Source: Fibrobacterota bacterium
GTDB lineage: Bacteria; Fibrobacterota; Fibrobacteria; UBA11236
Reading direction: 5' to 3'
NCBI GenBank assembly: GCA_019509785.1
Contig: JAEKLQ010000032.1
Span: forward strand, 11,229-75,228
DNA: 64,000 bases
Shown here: positions 28,774-38,285 of the stretch, piece by piece
How the letters are laid out: each line of letters opens with the position of its first letter
Position numbering within the stretch: position 1 is the stretch's first letter
The notes under the pieces: generated by a model
The model's input: the letters and a program-made list of their open reading frames with translations, nothing else
Told to the model about the DNA's origin: nothing
Database searches by the model: none
Made by a program: the position numbers and the translations under genes

Positions 28774-31482
28774 TCAGGGCGTAGCGGCGGTCTGCGAGCC
28801 GGGCTGCAAGCGCAGGGTCGCCGGAACCGCAAAAGGACTCCCCGTCGCCGGATCGTTATGGTACAGATCCAACCGCCCCGCATAGGTCCCCGCCGGAAGG
28901 CCGTACGCGGCGCCGAAGCGGATCGGCACGGTGATCTCCTCGCCCGGCCCCAACGCCAGGGTCCGTTGGGCCGGCCTCATCCAGTTGTAGAATTCGGACA
29001 GGTGCCGAAGCGAGTTCCCGAGAAAGCGCACGGTTTCGGACTGGGCATGGTCCCCGTCGTGGGGGAGGATGTTGATGAAGACCACAGGTTTCCGCGGGTT
29101 ATAGGCGCCGATCAGGGCCCCAGTGGAATACCGTCCCAAGGGAATCCCCCCTCCCTGGGTCGAGGTCACATTCATCGCCCATTGGCTGAAGAGATTTACG
29201 GTGAGGCCCTCCGTTATGGGATCATCCGCGAATTCCGCCCCGAAATTCCAGACGACCGGCCCGGCCGCTGCTACTGGCGCGTAGTCCGGCGAGGTGATGC
29301 GTCCGCCCAGCGCGGAAGAATGCTGATTAAAGCCGGCCTCAGGGAAAAGCGCCGCACCCATCAGGATCACCTTGCCTCCCGCATCCACGTAGTCGGCGAG
29401 GCGGTTTCCCACGGCCTCCGAATCGGCCCATGGCCCGTCCGCCACTGCGATGACGGCGTCGAACTTCCGCATGTAGGCGAGCGAAGGCGTGCTATCGTAA
29501 CCGGAATAGCTGACGATGCTATCGACGTTGGGATCGTTCAGCAAGCCCCAGAGGAAAAAGTCGCTCTGGCTCTCGAAGGTCTGGCCCGTGGTTTGGAGAT
29601 ACAAGACATTGAGCTTTGCCGGCCCGGTGGGATGGATTCCCGCCGCGGAATCCACCACCGCCCGTAGGCTCAACTTGAGGCTGTCGCCGCCGGGATTCCG
29701 GATGCTCAAAGGTTGATAGACGCTATCGCCTTCGGCCAGGGTCACGTCGAATCCGCGCGGTGAAACGGATAGGATGGGTGGCACGATGCCCAGTCCCCGC
29801 AAGTCGATGGCCGGGGCCGAGGGATCCTCCGCATCGCTTTGGACCAGTAGCTCCGCGCTATCGGCCCCGATGTCCGTAGGCGCGAAGGACGCATTCACGA
29901 GTGCATAGGAGAAGGCGGGAATCTCCAGGGGCAAGGCCGCGGAAAGGGAAAAGGGACCGTCCGTCGTGAATCCCGTAACGTGGGTGGCGGCGCTCCCGAT
30001 GTTCACCAGTCGTACCGCCCGGTTGGCCCGGCTTCCCTGCCAGGTGGGCCCGAAGTCCACGCTCGTCGGATCCACGGCCAGCCTGCGGACTGAGGATACC
30101 GTGAGCGAGACCGGAACGTCGATCGGAACGGCGTTCGTATCGGAGGAGTTCAGCAACCGGATCGCTCCCGCGTGCGCCCCTGCGGTTAGCCGATAGGTGT
30201 TTACGGCGATCTTCAACTCCCGCGTTTCGCCATCGGGCACCACGAAAATCACGGGATCGAACGGCGGCCGCGGGGTCATCCAGGCCAGCATTCCGCCCAG
30301 ATAATCGAAGGTATTCCCGAACAGGCGGGCGATATCGCCGTAAAGCTCGTTATTCCCGACGTTGAGGAAGACCAGGGGCTTGTCCGGATGGTATGCGCCT
30401 ACCAGGGCTCCTCGGGAATAGTAACCCAAAGGGATTCCGATGCCTTGGCCGCGGGTGGTGCCGACGTCCCGGATGGCGCCGGCTGCGAACCAGCCTAGGC
30501 CTGCGGTGATGGGATGCGGGATCAGGCTGGCGCTGGTGTCCCGACGGGTGATCGTCCCCGGTCCGACCGGTTCATAATCCTGGATGCGTCCGTAAAGTGG
30601 ATGCTCGCCGTCGGTGAGGGTACTGGCCGTAAGCAGAACCTTGCCTCCCGCCTCTAGGTAGTCGGCCAACAGGTCCCCTACGGCCACCGAGTCTTTCCAT
30701 GGCCCGACGGAAGCCGCCAGCACGATGTCGTATTCCAGCATGCGGGCGAGAGAGGGCAAGGAATCGCCGCCAAACCAGGCAGCGATGGTATCCACGTTCG
30801 CCAGGGGCCTCAGTTGGGGGATCAATTGATCGTCCCAAAAGGAGGGCATGGTGGTATTGAGGTAAAGCACCCGCCATCCCCGTTCCGGTCGCGGCGTTGC
30901 GGCTCCGATGGCATCGACGAGGATTTCCGCCCGGGGCGACGTTCCATGATTGGTGATCGAAAGCCGGAAGGTATCCGTTTGCGCGGGATTGAGGGCGAGA
31001 TGGACCGAGGCGGGGGCGACGGTGACGGATGCTGTCGGGGAAGGCGGCGCCGTACCGATCCCGGTCACGGGGACGCGGATCTGGGAAAGCGGAGGCTTAG
31101 CGGAGACGGTGAAAAACGCATTCGCGGTTCCCGTATCCGAAGGGGAGAAGGAGATGGGAATCGTTCCTTTGCCCATAGGCGGCAACCGCAACGATCCCGA
31201 AAAGCCCGATGCAAAAGCCTGGGATCTGCCAGCGATCTTCCAAATGCTGATGGCATGCGCGCAGCGGTTGGCAACCCGCAAGGAGTCGGTCTTCCGGGTT
31301 CCGACCTGCACGGGCCCGAAATCGAGGGGCCCGGCCTCCAGGCAGGAGGGCGGAGGGAGGTAATGTCGATGCTCTTCCGGACGGCGGCGCTCTTGCGGAT
31401 GCGCCGAAACCAAGGTCGCGAACAAGGGAATGAGGGCGAAGGCCCGGCGCAAGCGCGCGGAAGGGCGAGGTGAGGCGAACAT
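28774..31482 (-). CDS. secreted paralog family protein B (902 aa), two copies of the ThuA/GATase-like module plus Ig-like domains
   Basis: The start was trimmed to the ATG at 31482 (AAGGAG RBS, signal MFASPRPSARLRRAFALIPLFATLVSAHP). The two modules are YDIVLAASVGPWKDSVAVGDLLADYLEAGGKVLL and FDAVIAVADGPWADSEAVGNRLADYVDAGGKVIL. Confidence 0.6.
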   Translation of the reverse strand: MFASPRPSARLRRAFALIPLFATLVSAHPQERRRPEEHRHYLPPPSCLEAGPLDFGPVQVGTRKTDSLRVANRCAHAISIWKIAGRSQAFASGFSGSLRLPPMGKGTIPISFSPSDTGTANAFFTVSAKPPLSQIRVPVTGIGTAPPSPTASVTVAPASVHLALNPAQTDTFRLSITNHGTSPRAEILVDAIGAATPRPERGWRVLYLNTTMPSFWDDQLIPQLRPLANVDTIAAWFGGDSLPSLARMLEYDIVLAASVGPWKDSVAVGDLLADYLEAGGKVLLTASTLTDGEHPLYGRIQDYEPVGPGTITRRDTSASLIPHPITAGLGWFAAGAIRDVGTTRGQGIGIPLGYYSRGALVGAYHPDKPLVFLNVGNNELYGDIARLFGNTFDYLGGMLAWMTPRPPFDPVIFVVPDGETRELKIAVNTYRLTAGAHAGAIRLLNSSDTNAVPIDVPVSLTVSSVRRLAVDPTSVDFGPTWQGSRANRAVRLVNIGSAATHVTGFTTDGPFSLSAALPLEIPAFSYALVNASFAPTDIGADSAELLVQSDAEDPSAPAIDLRGLGIVPPILSVSPRGFDVTLAEGDSVYQPLSIRNPGGDSLKLSLRAVVDSAAGIHPTGPAKLNVLYLQTTGQTFESQSDFFLWGLLNDPNVDSIVSYSGYDSTPSLAYMRKFDAVIAVADGPWADSEAVGNRLADYVDAGGKVILMGAALFPEAGFNQHSSALGGRITSPDYAPVAAAGPVVWNFGAEFADDPITEGLTVNLFSQWAMNVTSTQGGGIPLGRYSTGALIGAYNPRKPVVFINILPHDGDHAQSETVRFLGNSLRHLSEFYNWMRPAQRTLALGPGEEITVPIRFGAAYGLPAGTYAGRLDLYHNDPATGSPFAVPATLRLQPGSQTAATP

Positions 31483-31860
31483 AGGAACTCCTTTGGTGGG
31501 CGGACGGATCTCCTGTCGGGGCTGGAACGCGAATCTCCCTTGCAGCGGGAATTTTTTTCGGTCCGGCCGCGCTAGGGGAATAAAATTTTTTATGGTCGCG
31601 CGCGCTACGGCCCGGTTTTCCCGCGCTCTTCGCCTGTCTAGAGCGGGCGCTTGCGGAATGCGACACCCCAGGCCCGCCGCGCGTCCAAGCAAGAATGGCC
31701 CCGGGGTATCTTGCGTGTTACCATGGCGGGGGAATCCCGGACTCCCCATTCGCGATCCGTTTTCCGTCCTTCCTGCGAGGACTCCGGGCCATCCGGCTTC
31801 GAATTCCGGCCTTTTAATGTGGCTTAGCTCACAGATCCGCAAGTTTGGGCCAACCAGCAA

Positions 31861-31897
31861 TGGAATTGGTTATCGCTTCTTCGGGGAATTGGTTATC
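31861..31897 (+). promoter_or_regulatory. direct repeat GGAATTGGTTATCG x2 (23-bp register) immediately upstream of the tail-tube-like gene
   Basis: The same 14-mer appears at 31861-31874 and 31884-31897 in a locally AT-rich region about 35 nt before the RBS AAGGAGGG. Confidence 0.3.
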
Positions 31898-31929
31898 GTT
31901 TAGCCAGCGTTTCCGCAAAAGGAGGGTGT

Positions 31930-32439
31930 ATGCGCCGGAGAGGTTTCCTGGCGTTGATCCCGGCTCTCGGTTTCGGGATGGCCATGGCGGCATCCCCTGC
32001 CCATCGATCCCAGCCATCCGTTCAGACGGCTTTCGGGCCGTTCACGCTTAAGGTCGAGATCGAAGGCGTGACCCAAGGGGTATTCCAAAGCGTTGAGGGC
32101 CTTGCCTCCGAATCGGAGGTGGTTTCCGGAGAGGAATACGGGGCGCCTGCTTGGATACCCGGCCCCTCGCAAGGGTCCCGCCTTATCCTGCGCCGTCCTT
32201 ATGATCCGACCTTGAGCGGGCTATGGCGTTGGCGGCAATCGGTGATCGATGGCGACGCGCAAAAACGGGATGGCCACATATTCGTTTTCGATGCGGGCGG
32301 CAAGCTCGTTGCGCATTGGGTTTTCCGCAAAGGTTGGCCCAGCCGCTGGGAAGTGCCGAAATTGGAAGCCGGCGTACCCAATGCGGCCGAAGAGGTGGTG
32401 GAGATCGTGCACCAAGGCCTGAGCTTGGAAAGCCAGTAG
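31930..32439 (+). CDS. phage tail tube / eCIS tube family (T4 gp19 / Afp1-like, PF06841-like) protein with N-terminal Tat-type signal peptide
   Basis: The N-terminus is MRRRGFLALIPALGFGMAMAASPA (RRxFL, hydrophobic core, AxA site). The body FTLKVEIEGV..FQSVEGL..ESEVV...LILRRP...LWRW...DGDAQKRDGHIFVFDAGGKLVAHWVFRKGWPSRWEVPKLEA..EEVVEIVHQGLSL matches the tube-protein consensus (F.V.IDG..F.EVSGL..E.EV...L.R...W...DG..R.G.I...D..G....W.F...WPSKW..P.L.A). Confidence 0.6.
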   Translation: MRRRGFLALIPALGFGMAMAASPAHRSQPSVQTAFGPFTLKVEIEGVTQGVFQSVEGLASESEVVSGEEYGAPAWIPGPSQGSRLILRRPYDPTLSGLWRWRQSVIDGDAQKRDGHIFVFDAGGKLVAHWVFRKGWPSRWEVPKLEAGVPNAAEEVVEIVHQGLSLESQ

Positions 32440-32516
32440 CCGCCGTCAGGCCGGTTTCGCGGCGGCTCCAGGAAGCCCGCCGCGGGATTCCGCGACGGGA
32501 CTCCCTCACATGCGGT

Positions 32517-33938
32517 CTAAGGCGAAGTCACTTGCAGCGTGGCGGGAATGTAGATCGGCGTACTGCCATCGTTGGTGAATATTTCCACCGTGCCATAGTT
32601 CTTTCCCGGCGCCAATGGGTAGGTATGCCCAACGGGCAGAATCATTCCGCGGGTCTCGCCGGGCGCCAGGGTGAGGACGAGTGAATGGTTCGAGACGGGA
32701 TTCCTGAGCCAGTTATGGGTTCCCTGCGTTTGATCGATGATGTTGAGGATCAATTGGAACAGGCCGTTGTATCCGGAAAAGTCCGGTTCGTAGGGAAACA
32801 GGTTGATATAGTACACGGGCTTAGCGCAGTTGTAGGCCGCCGCGATATTCCCGTCCTCCAGGTAACCCAAGGCTTCGCCCTTTCCCTGCACGGTTTTCAC
32901 CGCTTGGATGGAATGGCTTTCGAACCAATCCACGCTTTGGGTGAGGGGGTTATCGATGAAGTACCGGGTGGATATATCCGTGTATGGGTCGCTGGGAGAC
33001 TGGGGGACGGGCGCATAATCCGGTCCGACGATCCGGCCGCCGAGGGAAAGATGGTAGCCGGAAAGATTGTTCAAGGCCATGTGCATGAGGATGACGGGAC
33101 GGCCCCGGTCGACATAGTCGGCCAGCACGTTGCCGGCGGAATCCGGATCGGCCCAGTTGCCGCCGCTGGAGACGACCACCATATCGTAGTCGAGCAGCTC
33201 CTGCAGGGAAGGCGTCCTTTGCTCGCCCGACCGGATGGTAAGTTTGGACACCTTCGGAAGCGCTCCCAGGTAATCCGTGAAGGAGTTGGTGCCGTCATCC
33301 CCGTTCGCGGTCGTGAAGTAGTAGATGGACAGGCCTTTCGCGGCGGAATCGCCTCCGGTTCCCGGAGCTTCGACCCAAGTCGCCGCGAAAATCTCCATGG
33401 GGGACTGCCCATGATTGGTCAAGCTGACGATTCTGCCCGCCAAATGCCCTGCCGGAAGGGTTTCGTCGATGCGGGATGGGGAAACCTCCAGGTTACCCGA
33501 GCGGACCGCGGCCGCCACGCCCGTTCCCCGCAAGGCGATGCGCAAGGTGCGCGACGGGTTGGACGTGCCGACCCGTAACTCCCCCGATACCTTCGCCGTA
33601 TCCCCCGGGGCAAAGCGAACCTGCACGTTGCGGGCGCCGAGGGCGGATATCCGGAGGGACGCGGCGTCGGCGACCGAGAACGCCCGCGGCGAGGCGGCCA
33701 AATACGTTATCGTGACGGGAAACCGGCAGGTGTTGCGCAGGGAGACCGTGCGCCCGGCCGTCCCGCCGGCCGGGACAGGGCCGAAGTCGACCGCGGCGGG
33801 TGAAGCGGTCAAGCAGGCGGTCAGCGCGGATTGCGCCTGGACGGGGCGGGAGAGCGCCAGCGGCGCGGCGAGAAGGCAGAGGCCGACGCCCGCGAAGGCC
33901 CGGCGGCGTAAAGGGATGAACACCGGGGGACATTGCAT
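32517..33938 (-). CDS. secreted paralog family protein C (473 aa), Ig-like domain + ThuA/GATase-like module
   Basis: The signal peptide is MQCPPVFIPLRRRAFAGVGLCLLAAPLALSRPVQAQ. The module is YDMVVVSSGGNWADPDSAGNVLADYVDRGRPVILMHMAL. Confidence 0.6.
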   Translation of the reverse strand: MQCPPVFIPLRRRAFAGVGLCLLAAPLALSRPVQAQSALTACLTASPAAVDFGPVPAGGTAGRTVSLRNTCRFPVTITYLAASPRAFSVADAASLRISALGARNVQVRFAPGDTAKVSGELRVGTSNPSRTLRIALRGTGVAAAVRSGNLEVSPSRIDETLPAGHLAGRIVSLTNHGQSPMEIFAATWVEAPGTGGDSAAKGLSIYYFTTANGDDGTNSFTDYLGALPKVSKLTIRSGEQRTPSLQELLDYDMVVVSSGGNWADPDSAGNVLADYVDRGRPVILMHMALNNLSGYHLSLGGRIVGPDYAPVPQSPSDPYTDISTRYFIDNPLTQSVDWFESHSIQAVKTVQGKGEALGYLEDGNIAAAYNCAKPVYYINLFPYEPDFSGYNGLFQLILNIIDQTQGTHNWLRNPVSNHSLVLTLAPGETRGMILPVGHTYPLAPGKNYGTVEIFTNDGSTPIYIPATLQVTSP

Positions 33939-33954
33939 CTAAGCCGCCATGTCC

Positions 33955-33991
33955 GGGAAAAGAAAAGCCCGCCCGGAGGAACCGGACGGGC
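33955..33991 (-). terminator. rho-independent terminator of ahpC (minus strand)
   Basis: On the minus strand the hairpin GCCCGTCCGGTTCCTCCGGGCGGGC is followed by TTTTCTTTTCCC. Confidence 0.45.
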
Positions 33992-34029
33992 TTCACGAGT
34001 CGGAGGGGACGGCCGGGCGGCCTGCCCGT

Positions 34030-34620
34030 TTACTTGCCTTGGAAGTAGGCGCGGACGCCTTCGTTGCTGCCCTTCATGGCCTTCTTGCCCTTGGTCCAAC
34101 CCGCGGGGCAGACTTCGCCATGCTGTTCGTTGTACTGCACGGCGTCGACGAGGCGCAACGCCTCTTCCACCGAACGGCCGATGGGGCGATGGCTGATGTT
34201 CTGGGCCATGACCTTGCCATCCTTGTTGATGATGAAGGTTGCGCGGTAGGTGATGCCGGCCGCTTCGTCCAGCACGTCGTAATCGCGCGAGATGGACTTG
34301 GTGATGTCGGCGACTATGGGATAGGTCACGCCTTGGATGCCGCCATCGTTCTTGGGCGTGCGCAGCCAGGCCTGATGGCTGTTCACCGAATCCACGGAAA
34401 CGCCGATGACCTGGACGTTGCGGGATTCGAATTCGCCCAACGCGTCCTGGAAGGCGTGGATTTCGGTGGGGCAGACGAAGGTGAAGTCCAGGGGATAGAA
34501 GAAGAGGACCACGTACTTCTTGCCTTTGTAATCGGACAGATTGATTTCTTTGCTCTCGTTCGGCCCTACGGCGGCGGCGGCTTTGAAATCGGGGGCTTGC
34601 TTATTGACGAGGACGGCCAT
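34030..34620 (-). CDS. ahpC: 2-Cys peroxiredoxin (AhpC/TSA family)
   Basis: The motif FTFVCPTEI holds the peroxidatic Cys, and the resolving Cys lies near the C-terminus (EVCPAGW). Confidence 0.85.
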   Translation of the reverse strand: MAVLVNKQAPDFKAAAAVGPNESKEINLSDYKGKKYVVLFFYPLDFTFVCPTEIHAFQDALGEFESRNVQVIGVSVDSVNSHQAWLRTPKNDGGIQGVTYPIVADITKSISRDYDVLDEAAGITYRATFIINKDGKVMAQNISHRPIGRSVEEALRLVDAVQYNEQHGEVCPAGWTKGKKAMKGSNEGVRAYFQGK

Positions 34621-34722
34621 TGCGAGTCTCCTGGAAGATTGGTTTTTGAACTGGGTTAATATAAAAATCGGGCCCGGGAATGAAAGTTTCTCGCGGCCAC
34701 AGGGCTATGGGGCCCCATCGCG

Positions 34723-35508
34723 TTAGGGACCCGTTCGTATTTCCAGATGGTTACGTCCCGGTGCCCTGGACCGGACCTGGGCTTTCCATCCGGAGAGCTC
34801 GAGTTGCCGCGCGACGGCGACCAAGGCTTCGGGATAGGCGAAAGGTTCCCAAAGCAGAATGCGTCCTTCCGGCGCGAGGTAGGGCTTCCAAGCCGCCAGC
34901 TTGTAGGCGAAGCCGTATCGCTGTTCCAAAAGGCCGGGTAATTCTTCCGGCGTCGCGCCCTCCGGGCGTAAAAGCGTTCCGTCATCGTCCGAGTTGATTT
35001 CCCCCAAGCTGTCTACGCAGAGGATCACGTCGAATCGGGAGTCGGGACTTGAGGGCGGGGGATGGGGGAGGAGGGACAAACCCTGGGCGGCCAGCTCATC
35101 GCGGACGGCGGGGACGGGATCGTAAACGACATAGTTCCGGGGCGCGCGATGGCGAAGCAGGGCGGCGGCCACGAAGCCTCCGCCGGCCCCGACGTCCAAG
35201 ATGGAAGCGCCTGCGGGGATTTCCGCGAGCGCGTCCGATAACACGGCCGCTAGGCGGGCGAAACGGTAGCCGTTCACCTCGCGATACACTCCCAAGGCGA
35301 AGACGGTTCCGTAGAAACGCGTGAGGGTGGATTCGCTGCGGTAGGCGACGAAGTTCTTATGGGCGCGGGTGAATCGCTCCATGTCCGCGGGGGAAAGCTT
35401 GGCTTTGATGGCGGCCAGGGAGTCCTTCCAGGCCAAAGGCGCGAGGCCTTGCCGGAGCAGTTCCGCCCGCGCATCGAAATCATCTGGACTACCGGTATCT
35501 TCCGGCAT
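34723..35508 (-). CDS. class I SAM-dependent methyltransferase
   Basis: The glycine-rich SAM motif is ILDVGAGGGFVAAALL. Confidence 0.7.
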   Translation of the reverse strand: MPEDTGSPDDFDARAELLRQGLAPLAWKDSLAAIKAKLSPADMERFTRAHKNFVAYRSESTLTRFYGTVFALGVYREVNGYRFARLAAVLSDALAEIPAGASILDVGAGGGFVAAALLRHRAPRNYVVYDPVPAVRDELAAQGLSLLPHPPPSSPDSRFDVILCVDSLGEINSDDDGTLLRPEGATPEELPGLLEQRYGFAYKLAAWKPYLAPEGRILLWEPFAYPEALVAVARQLELSGWKAQVRSRAPGRNHLEIRTGP

Positions 35509-35703
35509 CGCCTGCTTTCCGGAACACGCTTTGCTGGTGCCCTAACCCATGACAGTTTAGTTTAAAATGGCGTCGGATTGCCGACCGGAACGGCAAGCGA
35601 ATGCCAGAGCCTGACAATTATTGCGCTGATTGCGTACGGTGCCTATGCTAAGATCCACCGGGATGCTGACAATTGTTCTAAATTTGCCAACCACGGGAAT
35701 CCC

Positions 35704-38263
35704 ATGCTGAAGACGAAAGCGAAAACCCCCGCCGAAACCAACAACGGAAAAGCCGAAGCCCCCGACGCGGATACGTTGCAGAGGGCCAAGGAAGTTTTCC
35801 AGGCGGCCTTCTTCCGCCACTTGCAACTTTCCCTCGGCAAAGACAAGTATTCGGCCACGGCCTATGATCGCTACCTGGCGGTGGCCTACGCCGTCCGCGA
35901 CAAGCTGATCGAGCGTTGGATCCAGACCCAGCATACCTACTATCGCCAGGACGTGAAGAGCATCTATTACCTGTCGATGGAATTCCTGATGGGCCGCGCC
36001 CTCGGCAACGCTATCCTCAATCTGGGCATGGAAGAGGTGGTCGAGAAGGCCATCTATGATCTCAGCTTGGACATGGAAGAGATCCGCAATATGGAATTGG
36101 AAGCGGGACTCGGGAACGGGGGCCTCGGCCGCCTGGCCGCTTGCTTCCTCGATTCCATGGCGACCTTGCAGCTTCCGGCTTACGGGTACGGCATCCGTTA
36201 CGATTACGGGATGTTCCACCAGACCATCAAGAACGGCTTCCAGCACGAGAACCCGGACAATTGGCTGCGCCTGACCAATCCCTGGGAAATCGCCCGGCCC
36301 GAATATACGGTCACCATCCAATTCAAGGGCCGCGTGGTCACGCGCAAGAATCCCCACGGCAACGTCGTCTTCGAATGGGTGGACACGGAAGACGTGTTGG
36401 CCTGCCCTTACGATACGCCCATCCCCGGCTACGGCAACAACACCGTCAACACCTTGCGGCTGTGGTCGGCGAAGTCGGCGGACGAGTTCGGCCTGCATTA
36501 CTTCAACAGCGGCGACTACCTGGAGGCCAGCAAGGATATCGCCTTGGCCGAGAGCATCTCCAAGGTGCTCTACCCCAACGACACGTCCATGAACGGGAAG
36601 GAGCTGCGCCTCAAGCAGCAGTACTTCCTCTGCGCCTCTACCCTGAGCGACATCATCCGCCGCCATAAGAAATACCATAAGGATTGCAGCCGCCTGGCCG
36701 AGAAGGTCAGCCTGCAATTGAACGATACCCATCCCACCATCGCCATCCCCGAGCTGATGCGCATCCTGGTGGACTTGGAAGGCTATTCCTGGGAACAGGC
36801 TTGGGAAACCACCACCGAGGTTTTCGCCTACACCAACCATACGCTCTTGCCCGAGGCCCTGGAGAAGTGGTCGGTCGACTTGATGGGCCGATTGCTGCCA
36901 CGCCATTTGCAGATCATCTTCGAGATCAATTACCGCTTCCTGAAGCAAGTCTCCTGGAAGTATCCCGGGGACGTGGAGCGCCTCAAGCGCATGTCCCTCA
37001 TCGAGGAGGGCGAGAACCGCTCCGTGCGCATGGCTTACCTGGCCATCGTGGGCTCGCATTCGGTGAACGGCGTGGCGCAGTTGCATACCGATCTGCTGGA
37101 ACGGCTGGTCGTGAAGGACTTCTACGATCTCTCGCCGACCAAGTTCAACAACAAGACCAACGGCATCACCCCGCGGCGTTGGCTGAAGAAGGCCAATAAG
37201 GGCCTGGCCGCGCTCATCTCCGAGGCCATCGGCGACGGTTGGGTGAAGGATTTCTCCCTGATCCGCAAACTGGAGCCTTTCGCCCAGGACGACGCCTTCG
37301 TGAAGAGATGGCAAGCGGTGAAGCTGGAGAACAAGAAGCGCCTGGCGGATCACGTGGGCAACGTCAAGGACGTCGTCATCAGCCCCGACACGCTTTTCGA
37401 CGTGCAGGTAAAGCGCATCCACGAGTACAAGCGCCAGCTGCTGATGGTGCTGCATATCATCCACTTGTACAACGAAGTCAAGGCGGGCCGGGCCCGGGAC
37501 ATGGTGCCGCGCACCTTCATCTTCGGGGGCAAGGCCGCTCCGGGCTACTTCATCGCCAAGCTCATCATCAAATTGATCAACTCCGTCGGGGACGTGGTGA
37601 ACGCGGATCCGGATACCCGCGGCCTCCTCAACGTGCTGTTCCTGGAGGACTACCGCGTCTCCTTGGCCGAGAAGATCTTCCCGGCCAGCGATCTTTCCGA
37701 GCAGATTTCCACCGCGGGCAAGGAAGCCAGCGGCACGGGCAACATGAAGTTCAGCATCAATGGCGCCCTCACCATCGGCACCTTGGACGGGGCCAATATC
37801 GAGATCCGCGAGGAAGTAGGGGCCGAGAACTTCTTCCTGTTCGGCCTCACCGCCGAGCAGGTGATGGCCCGCAAGGCGGCCGGTTACAATCCCCTCGAGT
37901 CTGATGGCCGTGATGGAACTGTTCCGCACCGGCTACTTCTGCCCGGAGGAGCCCGCCCTCTTCAATCCCCTCATCGATAACCTCATCTTCAAGGATGAGT
38001 ACATGCTGATGGCGGACTTCGGCGAGTACGTGGCTTGCCAGCAGAAGGTTTCGGAACTCTACCGCGATTACGGGAAGTGGACGCGCATGGCCATCCTGAA
38101 CGTGGCGCGGATGGGCAAGTTCTCCTCGGATCGCACCATCCTGGAATACAACCGGGATATCTGGCATGCGGCCCCGGTGCCCGTCGAGATCGGCGAGTGG
38201 CGCGCGGACGAGGTTAATGGCGGAGAAACGGCGCGCCCTGGCGCGTCCGTAAAATCGGAATGA
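35704..38263 (+). pseudogene. glgP: glycogen/maltodextrin phosphorylase, apparent frameshift near 37895-37905 (C-terminal ~110 aa are in the +1 frame). Could be a sequencing error.
   Basis: The main frame reads through ...AAGYNPLESDGRDG to a stop at 37980. The conserved C-terminus (AVMELFRTGYFCPEEPALFNPLIDNL...KFSSDRTILEYNRDIWH) is encoded in the other frame, 37904-38263. A C4 homopolymer lies at 37891-37894. Confidence 0.6.
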
Positions 38264-38285
38264 AACCGGAGGGCCTCGGGGCAGC

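Noticed and set aside
31930-32439. Tail-tube gene as part of an intact prophage or eCIS
   Set aside because: No sheath, baseplate, spike, terminase or integrase genes lie within 25 kb on either side. The neighbours are secreted paralogs and housekeeping genes.
35557-37929. 790-aa minus-strand ORF and similar long antisense ORFs (256..1086, 8290..9483, 17393..18526, 59870..61066, 9210..10622)
   Set aside because: They mirror strongly supported sense genes (glgP, a kinase, the rSAM, the AAA+ and so on). They are Arg/Gly/Pro-rich and typical of GC-driven shadow ORFs.
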